Assembly: GCA_000826855.1 (NCBI GenBank)
Contig: JTLS01000083.1
Span: forward strand, 1 to 33,607
DNA: 33,607 nt
Reading direction: 5' to 3'
Source of the DNA: Basidioascus undulatus
Taxonomy: Eukaryota
The position numbers and the translations under genes are program-made. The notes under the pieces are model-generated. The model did no database searches. It was not told the origin of the DNA and worked only from the letters and a program-made list of their open reading frames with translations. Shown piece by piece: positions 11,041-22,700 of this stretch. Positions within the stretch are counted from its first letter, which is position 1; the number at the start of each line of letters is the position of its first letter.

Positions 11041-12073
11041 ATGCCCGGCAAGAGAGTTGGTATGGTTATCGGCGCTGGCCCCAACGTCGGCAGGACCATC
11101 GCCGTCAGGTTCAAGGAGGCCGGCTGGGAGATGGTCATGGCGTCGAGGGAGATCGCAGCCAAGACCGAGGAGGGCCTCCACGAGTACCAAGTGCGCTTGG
11201 ACGCTGCTCCTGTTCTTTTTGAAAGCGATGTGGGCATGCTAACCTGGCTTGTGACCGTCCGAAGGTGGACCTCTCGAAGCAAGGCTCCGTCGACCAGCTG
11301 TGGAAGCGAGTCAAGAATGAGGTTGGCACGCCGGTCTGCGTGATCTACAACGGTACAACTTCACGTTCCCCAGAACCTTCTCCTTCTTCCCAGAGAGCTT
11401 ATGGTGTGGCCGAAACTGCACAGCCTACAGTGCCCACCTCCCGCCGGACCCGAGCGACCCGCTCAACATTCCCGAGGACGACATCGCCACGGACATGCAG
11501 GTCAACGACATCTCCGCCTGGGCGGCGGCGCAGCACCTCGTCAACGAGCCGCCGGCGCCGGACGGGCTGAAGACCTTCAGTGCGCATACTTCCTCACGCC
11601 TATCTGGACGGCGGTTGGAGCTCGGCGCTGAACCCTTCTCTGCTCTGCTCTTTTCAGTCGCCACGGGAAACGTCCTGCCCTTCATCGACCCCATGCCGCA
11701 GTACCTCTCGCTCGGCATGGGCAAGTCCGCTCTGGCGCACATGTGCGCAGGCGGCGCGGCCGCGTACGGCGCGACGAAGGCGCGCTTCTACTACGCCTCG
11801 CAAGGTAAGCAATGTCTCCGTGGAGATGTCTCAAGCACTTGTGTGTCTGACTGTAATTTTGGTGGGCTTTTAGTCAAAGACGACGGTAGTCTCGTCCCCT
11901 ATCCGGACGGGCCCGCTCACGCTGATGTACGCGCTGGCTGCCGGTCTTCGAGCTGGATGCCTCTCGTACTGATTCGGCTAAATTAACAGGTTATGCTCGA
12001 CTTACACGAAACAAAAGAGCAGTCCAACTTCGACGTCCGCTTCCTCGCGAATGGAGAAGTAGTTGGCGAGTGA
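11041..12073 (+). CDS. Short-chain dehydrogenase/reductase-like protein (atypical active site), about 6 exons
   Basis: Rossmann motif VIGAGPNVGRTIA, then VDLS, VIYN|A, DMQVNDISAWAAAQ, ATGN, LGMGKSA and RFYYASQ, ending FDVRFLANGEVVGE* at TGA 12071-12073. Introns are GT-AG. Confidence 0.85.
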
Positions 12074-12401
12074 TCTCGTAGTGAGGCAACAACCGTGACC
12101 GGCGGGCGGCGGGCGACATGACACTGTAGCAGGGTTCCGAAGGCGAAAGGGTCATGCATTATTGAAAGTCTTCAATGCCGGAAGATTATGCGAAGGACCG
12201 CATTTTCAAAACTCACGCACTGATATCGTCTTTGGGTCGTTTTGGAAAACGGAAGGCACTGAGGTATCGTACAGGCAGGCAGAGGGAATACATGGTAGCG
12301 GGGGTAACACACAGACAGGTAGTGGGTGGGACAACAGGGGGTGGGTATCGGGGACATATGGGAACTACCAGCGTGGGAGGTGCACCCGCAGGGAGGGGCG
12401 G

Positions 12402-12752
12402 TCACTTCTTAGGCGCGCACGAGCTACAGTAGGTGAGAGCTTTGTTAATGGGGGTACGGCACTTGGCGCACGGGCGCTTGGTGGACTTCGGCCCCGTAGA
12501 GCTCCTGTGACCGCCCGTAACCGCGCTGAAAGAGGGAAAATTATCATTGAAAGTGTTTGGTGCCGGAAGAATGAGAAGGACTGGGTTGGACTGGTAGTCC
12601 AACAGCGTGCGCCCGTCCCTGAGCTGCTTCCCCGCGAAAATGAGGCGCTGCTGGTAAGGCGGGATGCATTTCTTGTCCTGGAACCTGGTTTTGACGTTAA
12701 CAATTGTTTCGCTCGACAGGACCTCGGGCGTAATCGCCTTTCCGATTAGAGT
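12402..12752 (-). pseudogene. Divergent ubiquitin fragment (residues 7-59) in frame with a CxxC-x10-CxxC zinc ribbon; pseudogene or novel ubiquitin-like gene
   Basis: 12752-12594 encodes [53 protein letters not shown], 39/53 identical to canonical ubiquitin by manual comparison. It is preceded by an acceptor-like CCCCCAG and followed by ..[23 protein letters not shown].. Confidence 0.75.
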
Positions 12753-13098
12753 CTGGGGGAACGAACTGTAGAAAGTCGCAGCACTCGCTCCAGGAGTCGG
12801 CAACAGCTGGTAATGACACGACAACGAAGTCACGAGAGAAACAGCATGAATTAACTCACCCCGGGAGAAGTGGTTGGGGAGTGATTTCCTGTACTGAGGC
12901 AGGAATCGTCGCGAGCGGGCGACGTGAAACGTAACGGGGTTCGAGGGTGAAAAGTGCATGCACGCATTGTTGGAAGTGTTCGGTGCCACGTCTGCCCCAC
13001 GGTGCATTGCACAACATGATATTAAGTGATGAATCCTATAACTCCACGAATTATACGAGAAGAAAAGAGAAAGAGAGGCGTGGAAGCCGCTGCTTCGA

Positions 13099-15037
13099 TT
13101 AGACGTGGAACTGCTCCCGCGTCGGGTGCTTGAAGTCGTCCTCGTCCTCGTCGCTGTCGTCTTGGTAAAAGGGCGAAGGAGTGCGAACCCACTTGCTGAC
13201 CCCCTCTTTCTCGTTCTTGTTTCCGGACGTGACTGTCGTACTCCGGGCATCCGTAAACTCGAAGGGCGCGACGGCGATGGGGTGCAGGCCACCGGGCAGG
13301 GAGTCGATGCCCTGCTCGACTTGCGTGGTGATCCTGTTTCACAGATGAATTTGATTAATGGTCCCTCAGTCACTCGGGGACGTTCGGAACTCACTGGATG
13401 TGCGTCCGCGTCGGCGAGACGATGTCGTTGTGAGGCCCTTTCGACGAAGAGGTAATGACCTGTCCGCCAAAAAGTCAGCTTAAGAAGTCATATCGACACA
13501 ATTCAGTGCTTTCGAGGAAATAACACCTACACGAGCCGAGCCGAGCATTGCGCGCAGGTCCACGCGCGACAGCAGCGTAAACAGCACGACATGACTGAAG
13601 GGACTGGGGCAGTGAGCTTCCCATTTCATATGTGGCCTGGGGATGGATCTCTTACGAATATATCTTCCCCATCTGTCAAGGGCATAGAGTTGTCAGTGTG
13701 GTGTACCTGTCTGACTCAAGAGTAGAACCCGTACGTTGAACTGGAAAGGGGTCCAGGCGAGGTTGGACGGCGCAATAGCGTACATCAACAAGCTGTACCG
13801 GCAGGACGTCAGTCGTACAGAGCAACATGGTTCTCAATAATCGGAGCTCACTTCGTCGTAACCCAGACGGTTGTCAACAGAGCAGACTCCATCGTCAGGC
13901 GGAGGAGGCTCTTGATCATGTTGTCGGCTGTGTAGCCTCTGTTAGCAGGAGTACACAATTCCTTCGAAAGCGAGGAGATACGCACTAGTGGAAAACCCAG
14001 CTTTGAGGTTCTTCCGAAGGTGCAGTAGAAGGAAGGCAGAGATCCACACGTCCGTAGCGGTGCTCGACGCGAGCCAGATGCTCGCACTCACGCGGGAGTG
14101 GATGTGGTTCGAGGCGGTCAAGTAGACGAACTGTGCCAGGAAGGTCGTGCAAGCGATGCCGGAGCCAAGTTCCTGCCCCGAGAGGATTTCAGCGCCTACC
14201 CGGTCGTCGATGAGGAAAAGGGATTGGGCTCTTACAACAATCATGAAGAAGATGGCAACAAGCAAGACCGCCCAGGACTTCGTGACACGGTAGCAGCTGC
14301 ACAGATTTTGCGAGTCGGCTTTCAGACCACCAGCGATAGACGAAGGAGTTGCTCAACTCACCGATGCAGGAAAAACGCCTGGCAGGCAACGGCGATGATG
14401 GAGGTCGTAACGGGCTCAAGCCACCTGTTTTTCAGAATGTCAATCAACGTACAACGTGCCGCAAACACATGGAGACGCACCACGTCCAGTGAGATTTGTT
14501 CCAAATGTTCAGGTCGCCGTATCCCGTAACGAACGCGGCTGTGAGCGCGGTAACGAGCTTTAGCAACAGGACACCACGTCAAAAGAGGTATGGGAGAGTA
14601 CTTGCAGTACGCCATTTCAAAGAAACATGCGGACTGGAACAAGCCCGCCACCAGCAGAAAAGCGACAAGTACCTTGTTGCGAAGATGGCTGCGGTTTGGA
14701 TCAGCCCCATCCTCCGCCGATATACCAACCGACCTTCAAACTTTGGCTCACTCTTTGGGAAACCTGTGATACGTAAAGTCTCAGCGTAAAGTAAAGCAGG
14801 TAGAAGAAGCTGTGTGGCGCACAGTCGGAAATAGTCCAGTGCTTGCATTGCAAGGACACCCATCAAAACCTGGGCAGGTGACGATGTCAGAGACTTCCAC
14901 AAACAGCTGCCGGAGCACTAGGTAGCTTCCAACCTGCTCACCAAGTTAAGCAGAAGGCCAAAGAAGTACGGTCCAAGCGCCGCCTCCCTGTCACGCTCGA
15001 TGAAGTCCAAGCCGGGATCTTGGTAGTCCGTGGACAT
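13099..15037 (-). CDS. DUF6534-type fungal multi-pass membrane protein, multi-exon
   Basis: Spliced text: [152 protein letters not shown]. The hydrophilic tail ends HPTREQFHV*. Motif order matches the basidiomycete-expanded DUF6534 family. Confidence 0.8.
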
Positions 15038-17339
15038 TGCGGGAAGCGAGATAGAAGAAACACAACAAGGGAGAAAGGAAGTTGTTAATGAGCGTGGATG
15101 TTGAACAGTAACAAGAGTTGTCGAAGTGGTGGTGAGCGAAGACGGGTAGTAGGAAGGCAAGAGGGGGTTTCAGAGATGCTCCTTGATGCTCTTCGTCCGT
15201 CAGTACTTTGCCGATGATCTTCTCACCCCATTGCCGGGTGCAGCGCTCCTAGGCTTGGATGTTCGCGGAAGCTCGCGGCGATTACTTCGGCGGCCTTCGT
15301 GATTGTGTGGGGGTCAGCCACGTTTGAGGCATTGAGAACCGACTAGAGGCCTCAAGCTTCGACCAGCATGAGCAGAACGACAAACATATCTATGAGGGGA
15401 GGAAAGTAGGTTCATGAGCCGGCCGCTACAGCGGAGGCATTTGCGACGGTCGAATGCGAGACTGCATAAGGAGGCCGTGCAGTTGGAAGAAGGTTGGCAG
15501 ACGGAAGGCCCCTGCACTGCTAGCGCTTCCATGTGGCAGACTAGTGCCAGCGTTCCTGCTCTATATCATTGTTTGCATCAACATTCAATTCCTGCTGTTT
15601 TGAAGCTGTATGCATATGCATATAGGCGCTCTTAGTCATATCACTTTCGGTTCTACAAGCTGCTACAAATACCGCTCTCTTGCACTCACGACCAGTCCTT
15701 CGCCGAGCGCGGCATATATGGGCGTTCAGGTGTTGTTCCACGAGTTGGGGAGCTTCAAGGTCGTCCAAGCTGCTGGTATTCGAGAGAACAAGCAAGGACA
15801 AGCCTTGCAAAACATACCCTTCAGCTCGAGGCGACTGTAGGAACTACCGCGGTCGAACACGAAGCCATCAGGGCTACAATGTGTGCAGCAATTAATATTA
15901 ATGCACGACTCATGTGTTGGTCCTGTGGCTCCGGGGGCAGAGGGAGTTGCCGACCATTTCTGAATTCCATGCTACAGTGACTGCAATCAAGCGTTTTCTC
16001 GTCGTTGCGAGACCAAGCCACGCGGCAGCCGGATCGGAAGTCCTCGGGGAAGCCGGAGCCTGCATTGACATGCGTCTCGCTTGCCTCGTGGCATGCAGCT
16101 GGGGACTATTCATCAGTGGTCGCCCGGCACTTACGCTTGGGCTTCCGCTTCTTAGACTGCTTTTCGTGACCGCACTGCTCCCGCAGTGGGGATAAGTGGG
16201 GATGGGGAAAATTCATGTGCCGGCTATATTCGGGATCGAATGGACTTTCCCAAGAGTACTTCACCTCAACGAGGTGGGCAGGAATGGTTCATAACTGACG
16301 AAGTTATGCATGCACTAAGTTGTATAACATCCCATGGCATCTTCATCTTGATCGTGACCCTTGCCGCCGAGCCAGAGCGGAAGACCTGCTTGCGCATTCC
16401 CGGGTCGCGGTTTGACTGGTCGCCCTGTGCCTTGACTATAGAAGGCCAAGAAAGAGTTTGATGAAATGGTTTGGATAAATCACTACAAATTACTGGCCAA
16501 TGTAGAGTAGATTTCCCATCTCACAAGGAGCTCTGATCAGCGAGAGCTAGACATGCAGGGACAGGCACTCGCGAAGATCGGTCGTCACCATGGACGATGG
16601 CGAATGCATCGGTTGATGCGGCTGCATGGTGGTTTGTGTAGTTTGTGTCTGGGCAATATGGGACCAGTAGGAATGGGAGTTGAAGCGAGAAGTCAAAGAC
16701 ATTTTATCGCGAAATGGACCTGTAGCATCTGGCTGGAAGGACCGCGTGCTCCCAGTGTTCGCGGTATATGGGCTCAAGTATTCGGGAACCTTGGGGAGCC
16801 CTCGATGCTTGTGTGCCTTTCTTTCGGAGGCGTTTGTCAATGCGCACATGGAAGATTGGGTTCGGCGGCCAGGCTCTCTGGATATTCCCCAGGGTCTGAC
16901 TGGCGCCTCCATGACTGAGGTGCGTAGGCCCTTAAATCAGTTGACAATTTGTTCAAGGCTTCACATTCATATTTTATGAGTAATGACGCGAAGAGCCTGC
17001 GACGAGCTGTCAGTTTTCGAGGCAGACGCACATCAAACGAGATGTCCAACAGCGGACAGGCCACACATCAATCATGAACTGAGTTGAGATTTCTGCACAT
17101 TTAATTCTTTGGAATTGAAAACACCGCTCTTCATTGTCCCGCGGGACACCTAAGTACAGATTATTTTGTTGCGAGACTAGCGAGTGGTCAGGCAGTTCGG
17201 CCAGATGGAGGGAAGGAACAGTCTTCGTTCGGACGGCAGAACAGCAAGACTCAATGATATACATGCGCAGCAAGCTTTTGCATAGCGCCCAAACCTCAAG
17301 TCCCCGCAGCACCCCTCATCATGGGAGTCAGTCGTTCTA

Positions 17340-18260
17340 CCATCCCAGTCGATGAGCTTCGTCTCGCTCTCCGCACAAATCAACTTCCACGTCCTTCCCG
17401 CCCGCACATAGGTCCACTTGATAGTCTTCGGCCTCCAGGTACCATCGGGCGTGCCTCGAGGAAGGCATTCAGGTAGACCCAGAGGTTGACGCCGTCGATA
17501 AAAGCATGGGCGTACCCCTCGTCGGCTGCAGTGGCTTCGGCGAACAGATGCAGTCGAGAGTCGGTCATGGCTTGTATCTCGGGGCTGACTTCCATCTCCT
17601 CGACCTTCGTTTGAAGCGTGAGCGGAAGCTTGATACAGACCCCATCAAGACGAGCCTGCAGTAGATCCCCGCAGAATGAGCCAATGCGGAAAGGAAGTTG
17701 GAAAGGAAGGAATTTGTCAAGCCTGCGAATATCGCGTCAAAGCTAGACTGTAGACCCGACGTTCAGCCTCAATCCACCATAAAGAGCCCCCGTATAGTGC
17801 GCAGCCAGACAGCATAATGAGTCCAGTAGCCAGAGAGCGAGCCGAGGCAGGAAGGCTGCTCCGTAACGTAGACCTGCACTAGGTCGAGCTCCCACTCTGA
17901 GACTTCCAAACCGATCATCATGTCGACGAGGAGCGATTCAGTGGAGAATGTCAAATCGCAAGCAAAAGGAACGGCGATAGCTTGAAGCGACAATCCGCTC
18001 GACGGCGGGCCGAAGTCGGACAGTCAGGCTCGACTTTGTCGTAGATGATGCGCACGAAAGAAGCGAAGGCTTTCAGAGCGATGTCCGAGAGGCTCATGGC
18101 GCCGCGAGAGAAGCGAGCGACTCTGCAAGGCTCGGACCGCATATGTTCGAGTCAGTTCCTCGGAGACCAGAGCGCACGAGAGGAGAGTGCTGAAAGCGTA
18201 CCGACTGTACCGCGGCCAGGACTCTCCCCATTCATCATTCGCTTTCATCGTAATTGGATG
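17340..18260 (-). pseudogene. Frameshifted multi-exon gene remnant, unknown family
   Basis: Protein-like segments (MSLSDIALKAFASFVRIIYDKVEPD; SLLVDMMIGLEVSEWELDLVQVYVTEQ; MEVSPEIQAMTDSRLHLFAEATAADEGYAHAFIDGVNLWVYLNAFLEARP; TWRPKTIKWTYVRAGRTWKLICAESETKLIDWDG) fall in different frames. One GTACGC..CTGAC..CAG intron lies near 18200-18125. Confidence 0.45.
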
Positions 18261-19797
18261 GACCATACGGATATCACTGGCTCGATTGCGCGTTCTCTAA
18301 GGCACGTCTACTATACACCCCTTCTAAGCTTGATAGTCGAAAGACTATTGGGCTTGGGAGGGGTTTTTTTTTGTCAGTGAAAAAAAAGTTGGTGACCCTA
18401 GGACTTGCAGAGTGCTGCCATGGGTCTCCTGATTTATATATACATGATAATACGCTGTATTTTCAGATGCCATTGTCGGGGAATTGTTCCATGGATGGGG
18501 GGATTTAATATTAGGCCTGCAAGTTCTGGACAGAGCCCAGATCTTCATTTGCTGCCTATCGTGCTTTCCATCCTGACAGGGAGGCCAACAGTGGAAAAGC
18601 TCACAGTGGAGAATGTCACACTTCTTACCTTGACTATCTTATACAGCGTCCTACAAAGATGCTGCTCAACGTTGTAAACCGTGTTTGCGAATTGTTTTGC
18701 GGTGTACCAACTACTGTCAGGCAAAGCCCATAACAGCGCCCATAACAGCCGACCTTGACACGCCGGCTTGCACCGGCGCATATTCGGTGGTCGGGATGAT
18801 CTCGGCTGTCATTAAGATTGTTGCAGGCGTCTGAACGCAAGAAAGGCGAACATGGACCTCCACAACAGTCAAGCTCCGCGGAAATTGCACCTGTGCAGTG
18901 CCGGTCTTCAGCTGCAGGCCCGAGGACAGGCGGACTATACGCTTCCCCATAAAGCACAGCTGGATCCCCGCCCTATGTTCCGTCAGTCTTTCTGTAAGAC
19001 CAATCGATCAATCCGGGTGGTAGAGACTGTACCTCACTTTTCAAAGGATCCTTGTTGGTGAAAGTGCACCGCTGCCGGATGCAGTGCGCACTGTCGCGCG
19101 GGCCGCTGTCAGTGCACGGTGTTTAATGCTGCCTCCGAACCGATCGCTCGCCGGCACCTCGCCTCCGGCCAGTACGGCGAACCCATGTTACTACCCCGTG
19201 TACTACTCCGGTACACCAGTGCCTCATCAGACGCACCAAGCTGCACGATATATGTTGCTCCAATATCCAAGAATCTTCGCAGACTGCACTTTCTCTGCCA
19301 GATTGGGCAATTCACCGAGCGGTTACGCCCGGGGCGGTCGGCCCGCGGCTGTCTGAAGACTCGTTAGGCGGTGTCAAGACTGTCGGCTGACCTCAAGGCT
19401 CTGTTTGTGGAGAGCGCTAGCGCCGCCTCCCGTCCTCTCGTAAAAACAACATCATCACTCGTGGACGTGCATGCATCATCGCCGCCTGGCATGATCCACG
19501 GCTCTTCTCTCCTCAGAATGCCGCTGCAAGGCACCCCACTTTGTCTTCTTCTCCCCCTGACGAGCGCATGCTGCAAGTGCGACCAGCCTGCTCGTGACCT
19601 TATTTATTCCCCACTCCTGCGATCTGTGCCGAGGAACCCAAGACGAACGCTTGTTGGACGACGCTTCCACCCAATTCTCTAGCGCGCCCCCTCTAAAAGC
19701 CGTCCAAGTCCTGCACTGGCACACTGCAGTGCCTCTTCGCTAGCCATCCCAACGCCTCCTCTCCTCCTTCTTGCACAACCACCACCGCAACAACGCG

Positions 19798-22700
19798 ATG
19801 CGGGTTCTCGCACTTCTCCCCCTGCTGCCCCTCGCAGCGCAGGCTATCCCGAATCCACAAGCCCCACCTACCAACCCGAATGTCGACGCTCCCCCGACCA
19901 ACCCCAACGTCGACCCTTTACCATCAGACTCTTCCTCCGATGCGTCCGCGACCGCAAACAGCACGGCGATTCCCAGGCCGGAGGTGATGCACGTTCCGTT
20001 CCAAGGAAACGACTCTCTCCCGCAAAGTCCGGATTTCTACCCTTCGCGTAAGCTGTCGCATTTCCATTAGATATATGCCGGTTGCCGCATGCTCACTGAC
20101 CTATATATCCTTCAAAGCGGAGGTGCAAGGTACCGGCGACTGGGCGGACGCTGTTGCCCGAGCACGCGCCTACCTCGCCGACTTCAGCCTCGAGGAGAAG
20201 GTAAACTTCACCACAGGCGTTGGGTGGGGCGGCGGGCGCTGCGTAGGAAATATCCCACCCATCGGCGACAAATTCCCTGGGTACGTCTGATCGTATTTTC
20301 TGTTTTATTCGTTCGAGACTGACGATCAACCCTGCTACAGACTGTGTCTGCAAGATGGCCCGCTCGGGGTTCGCCAAGTCGAGTTTGCGTCGGCTTTCCC
20401 TGCGGGCATTAATGTTGCAGCAACGTAAGCTCCGGCCTCTAAATAGTTGTAACTTCGGATATGCCTGATCGTTTTTGTGCAGTTTCGACAAGGACCTCGC
20501 GTATCAGCGTGCTCTGGCGCTGGGCGAGGAGTTCTACGGAAAGGGTGTCAACGTCGCTCTCGGCCCGTGCCTGTAAGTCTCTTTGCTACTTCATGTACGA
20601 AGTCTGACATATTTCTAAATGAACAGCGACATCGCTCGGACTGCTGCGGGTGGACGTGGCTGGGAAGGTGCGTGTGATTGCTCGCAATGGCGCTGCAGCA
20701 AGCTGACATAGAGCTGAGCAGGGTTCGGAGCTGGTGAGTTGCACTGACCCGGGAGTAGTGTCCCATCTTACATCGTCCGAATATTACAGACCCGTACCTC
20801 GCGGGCGACTTGGGGGCGGCCACTGTGCACGGCCTTCAAGACAAGGGCGTACAGGCTACCGCTAAGCACTTCCTCCTCAACAAGTACGTCTTCAGACAAG
20901 CGCGCGCTGTACTCTCTCTAACAAAAACTTAATGCAACAGCCAGGAGCACTTCCGCACTACCTCTTCCTCCAACGTTGATGACCGGGCTATCCGTAAGTT
21001 GTTTCTTGCATGCGCAGGTTAACCGTCTTGCAAGCTGACGTCTTGTGCAGGCGAGATCTACCTCCACCCCTACCTCCGTGTGGTTCAGGCGGACATTTCC
21101 TCCGTCATGTGCAGCTACAACAAGGAGCGCCAGGTCTGGGCGTGCGAGAACAGCTATCTTCTCAATGAGCTCCTCAAGCACGACCTCGGTGAGGACAGCT
21201 GAATGCTCAAAACAGCGCGACTGCGATACTGAAGCTGTATCGTGCTCACAGGCTTCCAAGGCTATGTCATGAGTACGTTTTAGGGGGTGGGATCGTATTA
21301 CAGACAGCGCTGATGCTCCATTTCGTAGGCGACTGGCAGGCTCAGCACAGCGGTGTCGCGTCAGCGCTCGCCGGGATGGACATGACTGTGGGTAGTTTCT
21401 CTACCGGCGTGGAGACCTACAACATGTTTAACCCCCCGACTTCTTCAGATGCCTGGCGACTCAACCTTCAATTCGGGCTGGTTCTGGTGGGGGGCTAACC
21501 TAACCGTGCGTCTGCCTGCTTGGTAACCCGCTGCTCAAGCTGACAGCCTCAGACGCTCACCAGGCTGCGGTCAACAACGGCTCTGTCCCCGAGTCTCGTG
21601 TCGACGTAAGTGGATGCCCTTTTTTGAGCAGGCAGGAGCGGTGAAAGTTGACGCCAGTGATTCATACTGCCAGGACATGGCCGTCCGCGTTCTCGCCCCG
21701 TGGTTCCGTCTCGGTCAAGATGCGGGTATCCCTGAGACGAGCTTCAACTTCTTTGACCAGTACGACCCAGAGATTCCGGAGAAGGTTAACGTCCGCGGTA
21801 ACCACCATGAGTACGTGACACTTCTCTTGTGTGTCGTGACTATGCATGCGTCTGACTTGCTTCCTGCAGGATCATCCGTGAGGTCGGCCGCGCCTCCACC
21901 GTCCTCCTCAAGAACAATGGGGCTCTGCCGCTTAACGGCTGGGACATTAAGTCAATTGGAGTTCTCGGATCGGATGCGGGCCCGTCCCCGAGGGGCGCAA
22001 ACGGCTTCGGTGCGTGCTGCCAAGCTGCATTTCTGTTACCCCTCGCAGGACGCTGACTTGCTTCCCTTCAGTTGATCGTGGGGGACTTGAAGGAACGGAG
22101 GCAATGGGGTGGGGCTCAGGCAGCGTCGAATTTCCGTACTTGTAAGTCGAAACCCATTCTGCTTTACAGCTCACCGTGTTCTGACACGACTTGCCTCAGG
22201 ATCGACGTCAGTCTCACCACCTGCTTCATTCTCAACGAGACTATGAACTGACATCCTAATTATTTTCATACAACAGCCTCTCCATGCTCTCCAAGAGCGC
22301 GGTCGTCGCGAGTCCTTCACTGTGGACTGGTCTTTCGAGGACTGGAACCTCAACGTCATCAGTAAGGTCGCCACGGGCAAGGACGCTTCTATCGTTTTCA
22401 TCCACTCCCACGCCGGAGAGGAGTACATTACGTATGTTATTGTTGAAATGTACGAGGGTGGCGTTTCTGACGCGTTGGTACGCAGCGTCGATGGCAACAT
22501 GGGCGACCGCAACAATCTCACTGCTTGGGACAACGTGCGTTGCCATTGAAGGTACTTCACTTATGGAAGCTAACAAAGTTTCGCATCTTTAGGGTGATGC
22601 TGTCGTCCTTGCGGCCGCGCAGAACTGCTCGAACACCATCGTTGTCATTCACAGCCCTGGCCAGCATGACATCGGTGAGGCCAGACGCAGTTTATGTCCC

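Noticed and set aside
12402..12480. Ubiquitin-L40 or -S27a ribosomal fusion
   Set aside because: The IIEPSL (L40) and KKRKKK (S27a) starts are missing, and the final Cys spacing is CxxC rather than the Cx4C of L40.
15300..17300. Short ORFs including 16680-16979 and 15541-15810
   Set aside because: No recognisable motif or consistent exon chain. They may be decayed sequence but cannot be supported.
18364..18387. T9-GTCAGTG-A8 inverted repeat as a terminator or MITE
   Set aside because: Homopolymer-only stem. Rho-independent terminators are not relevant to fungal nuclear DNA, and no TSD is evident.
18726..18749. 12-bp tandem duplication GCCCATAACAGC
   Set aside because: An isolated slippage-type duplication with no flanking element features.
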